Made by a program: the position numbers and the translations under genes
DNA from: Solirubrobacterales bacterium
GTDB taxonomy: Bacteria; Actinomycetota; Thermoleophilia; Solirubrobacterales; 70-9
NCBI GenBank assembly: GCA_021155855.1
Contig: JAJNAZ010000016.1
Location: forward strand, 2,249-66,248
Reading direction: 5' to 3'
DNA length: 64,000 nt
Shown: piece by piece, positions 58,918 through 64,000 of the stretch
Layout of the letters: each line of letters starts with the position of its first letter
Numbering within the stretch: position 1 is the first letter of the stretch
Notes under the pieces: generated by a model
Database searches by the model: none
What the model was told of the DNA's origin: nothing
The model's input: the letters and a program-made list of their open reading frames with translations, nothing else

Positions 58918-59481
58918 CTACTCGGATTCTGAGCGCCTGATCACGATTCGGTCGGGCTCGATCGTGACCTCGACCCGGCGCTTGCCGGCCCAGTGCTCGG
59001 AGTAGACGGGGTCGTCCTTGACCGCCGGGTCGAGCCAGAGCCCGTACCCCTCCTCGTCACCGTGGTCGAAGGTGGCCTGCATCGCGGCGCCGGCACGGCC
59101 GCTGCGCCCCCGGCCCCCACGGCGGCGTCGCCGGCGGCGGCGCGGCCGGCCACCGTCGCCGTCATCGCCCGCGTCCTCGTCGGTCGAGCCCTCCTCCGGC
59201 GCCGCGCCGACGGCGGTTTCCTCGTCCTCGTCCTCAACCTCGGCCTCCGCTTCGGCGGCCAGCTCTTCCTCCCGAGCCGCGGCCTCGATCTCCGCCTCGA
59301 TCTCGTCGCGGAGGTCGACCTCGGCGGCGTCGTCGTCCTCGGCGTCGAGCTCGTGGCGGCGCCGGAACTCGCGCAGCTCGTTGGTGGAAACCTCCAGTTG
59401 ATGCGCGATCCAGGCGTCGGTGCGCCCCTGGCGGACCCAGGCGCGTATCTGATTCAGCTGTGAGCGAAGTGGTTTGGCCAT
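58918..59481 (-). CDS. Hypothetical protein: N-terminal HTH-like segment, long acidic linker, poly-Arg tract, conserved-looking C-terminal domain
   Basis: MAKPLRSQLNQIRAWVRQGRTDAWIAHQLEVSTNELREFRRRH, then a Glu/Asp/Ala-rich stretch, GRPRRRRRRRRGGRGRSGR, then ATFDHGDEEGYGLWLDPAVKDDPVYSEHWAGKRRVEVTIEPDRIVIRR. No family recognised. Confidence 0.5.
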   Translation of the reverse strand: MAKPLRSQLNQIRAWVRQGRTDAWIAHQLEVSTNELREFRRRHELDAEDDDAAEVDLRDEIEAEIEAAAREEELAAEAEAEVEDEDEETAVGAAPEEGSTDEDAGDDGDGGRPRRRRRRRRGGRGRSGRAGAAMQATFDHGDEEGYGLWLDPAVKDDPVYSEHWAGKRRVEVTIEPDRIVIRRSESE

Positions 59482-59651
59482 CCGCGGTCGGGCGATTCCC
59501 GGTCGAGCGGGCGATACTAGCCAACGGGGTGAACGGACCCCGGGCACTGCACCCCCGTGGCCGCCGAACGGCTACCCTCCGCGTACGCCGAAAACACGGG
59601 TGAGGGTCACCGGGGGATGGCTACTCGGCCGCAGTCTCGAATGGAGGCGAG

Positions 59652-59885
59652 GTGCTGGTCCTGACGCGCAAAACCAACCAGAGCATCATGATCGGCGACG
59701 ATGTCGAGGTCTCGGTGCTCGCGGTATCCAGGGACAAGATCCGGCTCGGAATCACCGCGCCGCGCGACATCCCTGTGTTCCGCAAGGAGGTCTACCTCTC
59801 GATCAAGGGGGAGGAGGGAGGCGAAAACGACGACGTGTCGGAGACCGCCTCCGAAGCGCTGCACGGATCGAGGAAGGGCGAGTAG
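59652..59885 (+). CDS. csrA: Carbon storage regulator CsrA (RNA-binding translational regulator)
   Basis: MLVLTRKTNQSIMIGDDVEVSVLAVSRDKIRLGITAPRDIPVFRKEVY is near-consensus CsrA (compare Bacillus [48 protein letters not shown]). GTG start with GGAGG 7 nt upstream. Confidence 0.9.
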   Translation: MLVLTRKTNQSIMIGDDVEVSVLAVSRDKIRLGITAPRDIPVFRKEVYLSIKGEEGGENDDVSETASEALHGSRKGE

Positions 59886-59889
59886 GCGC

Positions 59890-59908
59890 TCACGTTTCGC
59901 TAAGGGAA
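59890..59908. repeat. Degenerate copy (D) of the GTTTCG...GAAC palindromic core, ~45 nt upstream of the next ORF
   Basis: cacGTTTCGCtaaGgGAACgtt compared with copy A atGTTTCGCataGCGAAACaa. The right arm is imperfect. Confidence 0.4.
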
Positions 59909-59949
59909 CGTTTGTACGCCCACCCGAACGCTGATAGGCTCGATCGGGC

Positions 59950-60201
59950 ATGGCCACCGACCTTCGCATGCGTCAGAGCCTCGACCAGTTCGAGGACGCC
60001 TTCGAGCAGGAGTCCGCGCTCGAGCGACGCCGCCGCCAGCAGCTCCGCCAGCGCGCGGTCGCCCGCTCCAAGGCCCGCCGCATCCACTCGACCGAGAAGC
60101 ACGGCAACATCAGCTTCGGTGTGCTGCTCGTCGCGCTCACGCTCACCGTGGTCGTCGTCATGGTGGTCATGTTCGAGACCCTCGCCTGGCTGATGGCGTA
60201 G
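59950..60201 (+). CDS. Small C-terminally anchored membrane protein, unknown function
   Basis: 83 aa. Charged coiled-coil-like N-terminus (QFEDAFEQESALERRRRQQLRQRAVARSKARR) and a single C-terminal TM (FGVLLVALTLTVVVVMVVMF). Confidence 0.5.
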   Translation: MATDLRMRQSLDQFEDAFEQESALERRRRQQLRQRAVARSKARRIHSTEKHGNISFGVLLVALTLTVVVVMVVMFETLAWLMA

Positions 60202-60223
60202 GGACCGAGCCGCCCCGCCCCGG

Positions 60224-60763
60224 CTACGGCCCGCACTCACCCCAGAGCCCGCGACCGGCGTTCCCGGCCTCCTGCTCGAGGCGGTCGAACAGCGGCGCGA
60301 ATCGGTCGTTGGGTGCGATCGTGAGCGTGGTCGCGTAGCCGCCGCGGACGAGCGCTGCATTGACGAAGCGATCGCCGAGGTAGACGTAGGCGAGCAGCCG
60401 TCCATAATCGTCGCGGCGCTCGGGGCCGAAGTCGAGCCGCACCTGCCGGCCGTCGACCAGACGCTCGTTGTATTCGCCCGCCTCCGGACCGAAGCACTCG
60501 ACCGGCGAGCCCGGCTTCACCGACTCGGGCGTGTCGACCCCGATATAGCGCACGTCCTCCTCGCGACCATCGATCAGGACCTCGATCGTGTCGCCGTCGA
60601 CCACGTCGGCGACCGGGACGACGATGCCGTCCCGCGGCTCTTCGCCTCCGGGTCGGCCACCGCCCGAGCCGCCATCGTCGCCGCCGCCGCTGAGCAGGAC
60701 GACGACGAGGATCGCGAGCAGCGCGATCGCGCCGAGGCTGGGGCCACGCGAAAGCAGCGCCAC
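60224..60763 (-). CDS. Thermonuclease (staphylococcal nuclease-like) family protein, membrane-anchored/secreted
   Basis: VVDGDTIEV, VRYIGVDTPE, DRYGRLLAYVY, LVRGGYA. N-terminal TM followed by a Gly-rich linker. Confidence 0.85.
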   Translation of the reverse strand: MALLSRGPSLGAIALLAILVVVLLSGGGDDGGSGGGRPGGEEPRDGIVVPVADVVDGDTIEVLIDGREEDVRYIGVDTPESVKPGSPVECFGPEAGEYNERLVDGRQVRLDFGPERRDDYGRLLAYVYLGDRFVNAALVRGGYATTLTIAPNDRFAPLFDRLEQEAGNAGRGLWGECGP

Positions 60764-60799
60764 CCCGCCAGTTTGGCGAAGGTGGCGCTGCCGAACCCG

Positions 60800-60843
60800 C
60801 TACGAGTGAGCCGGACGAGTGCTACGAGTGAGCCGGACGAGTG
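60800..60843. repeat. Perfect tandem duplication of a 22-bp unit (ctacgagtgagccggacgagtg, twice) spanning the stop codon of the 60822..61490 gene
   Basis: Read directly: 60800-60821 equals 60822-60843. Each unit contains acgagtg twice. Confidence 0.9.
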
Positions 60844-61490
60844 CTGCGACGCTCGCGTGCGGCCTGCCGCTCGGCGCGCTCCTCGCGCACCTCCTCGGCG
60901 ACCGCGTCGCGATCGCGCCCGCGCTCGCGGTCGACCGGAGCGTGGCCGAGATCGTCGACCTTGCGGTGATAGCGCTCGCCCGCCTTGCCACCGGCGATCG
61001 CGGCGAGCAGGGTCCCGACCAGGACGATCAACAGCACGATCACCCCTCCGGCCGTCAGACTGCCCTCGTCGACCGGGATTCGCGGCAGGTCGAGGCCGGC
61101 GAACAGGTTGTACTCGCTACCGGCGATCGCCCCGAGCAGCGCCAGCACGAGGACGACGACGATGCTCCAGATCCACACGGCCATGCCCTGGCGCCCGCCG
61201 TCGAAGCGCGACATCCGGCCGGCGACGTAGCCGCCGGCAAAGTAGGCGAGCAGCGCGGTCGCCAGGATCAGGATCCCGCCGACGATGCCGACGGTGTCGG
61301 CGCTCGCCGCCGCCTCGCCGGTGCTCTCGATCTCGGAGATCGCGATCGCCGTGCCGGCGGCGCTCAGCAGCGCCGTCAACAGGGCCCCGATTCCGACCGC
61401 CACCAGCCAGCCGAAGAACGCCGCCCCCCAGTTGAACCCGCCGTATTCCTCGCGCTGGCGCGCGGTTCCGTACCTGCCGTACTTGCTCAT
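60822..61490 (-). CDS. Integral membrane protein, unknown function (4 TM, charged C-terminal tail)
   Basis: MSKYGRYGTARQREEYGGFNWGAAFFGWLVAVGIGALLTALL..., with four long hydrophobic segments and an Arg/Glu-rich tail. Confidence 0.6.
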   Translation of the reverse strand: MSKYGRYGTARQREEYGGFNWGAAFFGWLVAVGIGALLTALLSAAGTAIAISEIESTGEAAASADTVGIVGGILILATALLAYFAGGYVAGRMSRFDGGRQGMAVWIWSIVVVLVLALLGAIAGSEYNLFAGLDLPRIPVDEGSLTAGGVIVLLIVLVGTLLAAIAGGKAGERYHRKVDDLGHAPVDRERGRDRDAVAEEVREERAERQAARERRSTRPAHS

Positions 61491-61589
61491 GTCTCCTCCC
61501 TGGCTTCCGTTCGGAGATGCGTCTACCCCGTCGAGCGGCCGCTATTCGCCGGCTCGGCGCCGCTGCCGGTGTGTATAGGCTGCCCCCGA

Positions 61590-62702
61590 GTGCTCGATCA
61601 CAAGTTCAACGGGCCTCCGTTCACCGTCGGGATCGAGGAGGAATTGATGCTCGTCGATGCGGAGAGCCTCGATCTGGCGCAGGCGATCGAGCCCTTCCTC
61701 GCGCGGCTGCCGGACGAGTTCGCCGGCCAGGTGAAGCCGGAGCTGATGCAGGCGGTGCTCGAGATCGCGACCAAGCCGTGCGCCAACGTCGGCGAGGCCG
61801 GCGAGGAGCTCCGGCGGCTGCGCCAGGTGGTGATCGACTCGGCCGAGCAGCAGGGGCTGCGGATCGGGGCCGCGGCCACGCACCCGTTCGCGCTCTGCGA
61901 GGACCAGCGGGTCGTCGACCGGCCCCGCTACCGCGAGCTGGTCGAGGAGCTCGGCTACATCGCCCTGCGCGAGATCATCTTCGGTACCCACGTCCACGTC
62001 GGCATCCGCGGGCCCGACCGGGCGATCTACGTCGCCGACGGAATCCGCCGCTACCTGCCCCTGCTGCTGGCGCTGTCGGCGAACTCCCCGTTCTGGGAGG
62101 GACGTCGGACCGGGATGATGTCCTCGCGGGTGCCGGTCTTCCGCGCCTTCCCGCGGGAGGGGATCCCGCCCCACTACGGCACCTGGGAGATCTACTCGAA
62201 CCGGGTCGAGCTGATGATGCGCGCCGGGGCGATCGAGGACTACACCTTCCTCTGGTGGGACGTTCGCCCGCACCCGAACCTGGGTACCGTGGAGGTGCGG
62301 ATCTTCGACCAGCAGACTCGCCTCGAGCACACGGTGGCGCTCGCCTCGCTGGTCGTCTGCGTCGCCCGCCGGCTCTGCATCCTCTACGACGCCAAGGAGG
62401 CGATGGTCGAGTACCCGACCGAGCTCGTCGACGACAACAAGGTCCGCGCCGCCGTCCAGGGCACCGACGGCGTGCTGATCGACTTTCGCCGCGGCAAGCG
62501 GATCCCGGCGCGACAGATGGCGCACGACCTCGTCGTGCTGCTCGCCGATCACGCCGACGCGCTCGGTTGTCGGGCCGAGCTCGAGGGGGTCGAGGACCTG
62601 ATCGCCAACGGCACCGGGGCTCACCGCCAGCTCGAGATCCACGAGCGGACCGCCGACCTCGAGGGACTGGTCGCCGAGATCATCGAAACGAGCAGGCCGT
62701 AG
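61590..62702 (+). CDS. YbdK-type carboxylate-amine ligase (glutamate-cysteine ligase family 2)
   Basis: FTVGIEEELMLVD, GTHVHVGI, LLALSANSPFWEGRRTG, WWDVRPHPNLGTVEVRIFD. In-frame GTG 61590 chosen; the 5' part of ORF 60819.. is antisense shadow. Confidence 0.85.
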   Translation: MLDHKFNGPPFTVGIEEELMLVDAESLDLAQAIEPFLARLPDEFAGQVKPELMQAVLEIATKPCANVGEAGEELRRLRQVVIDSAEQQGLRIGAAATHPFALCEDQRVVDRPRYRELVEELGYIALREIIFGTHVHVGIRGPDRAIYVADGIRRYLPLLLALSANSPFWEGRRTGMMSSRVPVFRAFPREGIPPHYGTWEIYSNRVELMMRAGAIEDYTFLWWDVRPHPNLGTVEVRIFDQQTRLEHTVALASLVVCVARRLCILYDAKEAMVEYPTELVDDNKVRAAVQGTDGVLIDFRRGKRIPARQMAHDLVVLLADHADALGCRAELEGVEDLIANGTGAHRQLEIHERTADLEGLVAEIIETSRP

Positions 62703-62717
62703 GCAATACTTGGGGAG

Positions 62718-63521
62718 ATGGCCGGGCCCGAGCTGAGCGTCGTCTGCAAGAGCTGTGGCTCCGAGGTGAGCCCGTACGTGACCGAGTGCCCGTATTGCGG
62801 CACCCGGCTGCGCAAGCGGGCGCCGAAGCTCGAGCGGGTCGGCGACGAGGTCCGGGTGCGCGAGGATCGCCGCGATCGCCGCCGCCGCAAGGCCGCCGAG
62901 CGCCGCAGTCGGTTCGCCTCGCGCGGCGAGCTGGCCGAGGAGCTCGCCGCGCGGCCCGTGATCACGATCGCGGCGCTGCTGGCGCCGGCGCTGCTGGTGA
63001 TCATCGAGCGGGCCTCGAACCTGAGCGTGATCGACCTCGGCGCGATCGTCGGCCCGGTCGGCGATCAATGGTGGCGCTATCTGGCGGCGCCGTTCGTCTA
63101 CGACGACATCGGCTACCTGTTCGCCTGCGGCCTCGCGATCGCGATCTTCGTGCCGCCGATCGAGCGCCGCGTGGGCTCGGTCGCGACCCTGCTGCTGATC
63201 CTCGGCTGCGGAGGGCTCGGCGCGCTCGCCGCCGACGGGCTCGACTCCTCCTTCGGCGACGGGATCACGGTCGCCGCTGGCGGCAACGGGATCGCGCTCG
63301 GCGCGCTCGCCGCCTACTGGGTGATCCGCGACGCCGAGCGCCGCGCCGATCCGACCGAGGAGTACGACCGGATCGCGCTCGCCGTCGCCGCGATCGTGCT
63401 TTTGCTCCTGCCCCTGGTCGAGGACTACGCCTCGGCCGTGGCCGGGGTGGTCGGCGGCCTCGTCGGCGCGGGCTGCGGCCTGGCCGCGGCGCTCGGCGGC
63501 CGCACCACCGCCGGGCGATGA
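62718..63521 (+). CDS. Rhomboid-fold membrane protein with an N-terminal zinc ribbon; the catalytic Ser/His and the HxxxN motif appear to be substituted
   Basis: CKSCGSEVSPYVTECPYCG zinc ribbon. Rhomboid-like WWRYLAAPFVYDDIGYLFACGLAI..IERRVGS has no H..HxxxN. TM4 reads AAGGNGIALGALAAY where GxSG is expected. TM6 reads SAVAGVVGGLVG where AHxGG is expected. Confidence 0.6.
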   Translation: MAGPELSVVCKSCGSEVSPYVTECPYCGTRLRKRAPKLERVGDEVRVREDRRDRRRRKAAERRSRFASRGELAEELAARPVITIAALLAPALLVIIERASNLSVIDLGAIVGPVGDQWWRYLAAPFVYDDIGYLFACGLAIAIFVPPIERRVGSVATLLLILGCGGLGALAADGLDSSFGDGITVAAGGNGIALGALAAYWVIRDAERRADPTEEYDRIALAVAAIVLLLLPLVEDYASAVAGVVGGLVGAGCGLAAALGGRTTAGR

Positions 63522-64000
63522 GCAAGTTCACCGCGCTCAGCGACGAGCTGCACGACTACATCGTCGGCCACGGATCGCGGCAGGACGAGGTGCTGCGCCG
63601 GATCCAGGAGGAGACCGCGGCGATGGGGGAGATCTCGGTGATGCAGATCGCGCCGGATCAGGGAGCCTTCATCACCATGCTCTGCCGGCTGCTCGGCGCC
63701 CGCGAGGCGATCGAGCTCGGCACCTTCACCGGCTATTCGGCGATCTGCATTGCCCGCGGGCTCCAGCCGGGCGGGCGGTTGATCGCCTGTGAGCTGTCGG
63801 AGGAGTACGCAAAGATCGCCGCCCGCAACTTCGAGGCGGCGGGCGTCGCCGACCGGATCGAGGTCCGCATCGGCCCCGCAGCCGAGACGCTGCGCGACCT
63901 GCCCGAGCGCGAGCTGTTCGACTTCGGCTTCATCGACGCCGACAAGACCGGCTATCCGGACTACTACGAGCAGGTGCTCTCGCGCACCCGCCCGGGCGGC
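63518..64000 (+). CDS. Class I SAM-dependent O-methyltransferase (caffeoyl-CoA OMT-like, family 3); 3' end runs off the window
   Basis: Not in the ORF track because there is no stop. My translation reads MSKFTALSDELHDYIVGHGSRQDEVLRRIQEETAAMGEISVMQIAPDQGAFITMLCRLLGAREAIELGTFTGYSAICIARGL..GRLIACELSEEYAKIAARNFEAAGVADRIEVRIGPA..FDFGFIDADK. ATGA overlap with the upstream gene. Confidence 0.8.
   Translation, partial: MSKFTALSDELHDYIVGHGSRQDEVLRRIQEETAAMGEISVMQIAPDQGAFITMLCRLLGAREAIELGTFTGYSAICIARGLQPGGRLIACELSEEYAKIAARNFEAAGVADRIEVRIGPAAETLRDLPERELFDFGFIDADKTGYPDYYEQVLSRTRPGG

Noticed and set aside
59482-59651. fliW or a CsrB-like sRNA immediately adjacent to csrA.
   Set aside because: No ORF resembling FliW is present on either side. 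The 170-nt leader contains only a few GGA motifs, far fewer than a CsrB-type decoy RNA would carry.

Overview
This is a very GC-rich, actinobacterial-type chromosomal segment (judged by eye, nothing computed). It is densely coded, with about 60 supportable genes, one tRNA-Gln, and no rRNA, CRISPR array, transposase or integrase.

The backbone is the housekeeping synteny I recall from Mycobacterium and Streptomyces: rsmI ... metG-tatD-rsmA(ksgA)-ispE ... TetR / tRNA-Gln / glmU-prs ... rplY(ctc)-pth ... mfd ... mazG ... eno-ftsB. glyQS, an LCP protein, a ROK glucokinase and an aquaporin lie at the left end.

Lineage-specific blocks sit between the backbone genes:
1. Six translationally coupled mce genes (6.4-15.4 kb) with no yrbE/mkl partner. 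They are followed by two tandem paralogous secreted Cys-containing proteins of unknown function.
2. A DedA-PAP2 fusion, a PucR regulator, a 5'-truncated TetR remnant and a DoxX-like gene.
3. A DUF559 endonuclease-like gene bracketed by ~45-bp direct repeats that contain a long hairpin. It lies between mazG and eno.
4. An ~11-kb operon-like locus (47.6-58.9 kb) with two giant GT-C-like membrane proteins, three sulfotransferases from two families, a GT-B glycosyltransferase and a Wzx-like flippase. This is my best candidate for an undescribed system, namely a sulfated envelope glycan pathway.
5. An orphan csrA with unusual neighbours, a thermonuclease, a YbdK-type ligase and a rhomboid-like protein that appears to lack all catalytic residues.

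Smaller signals are two 22-23-bp tandem duplications at gene 3' ends (one truncates the LCP gene), a 15-bp coding tandem repeat, and a recurring GTTTCG-N-CGAAAC palindrome ~50 nt upstream of several start codons.

All calls rest on reading the translations and DNA by eye. No database search was run, and many start codons are approximate. High GC produces many long shadow ORFs, which I rejected.
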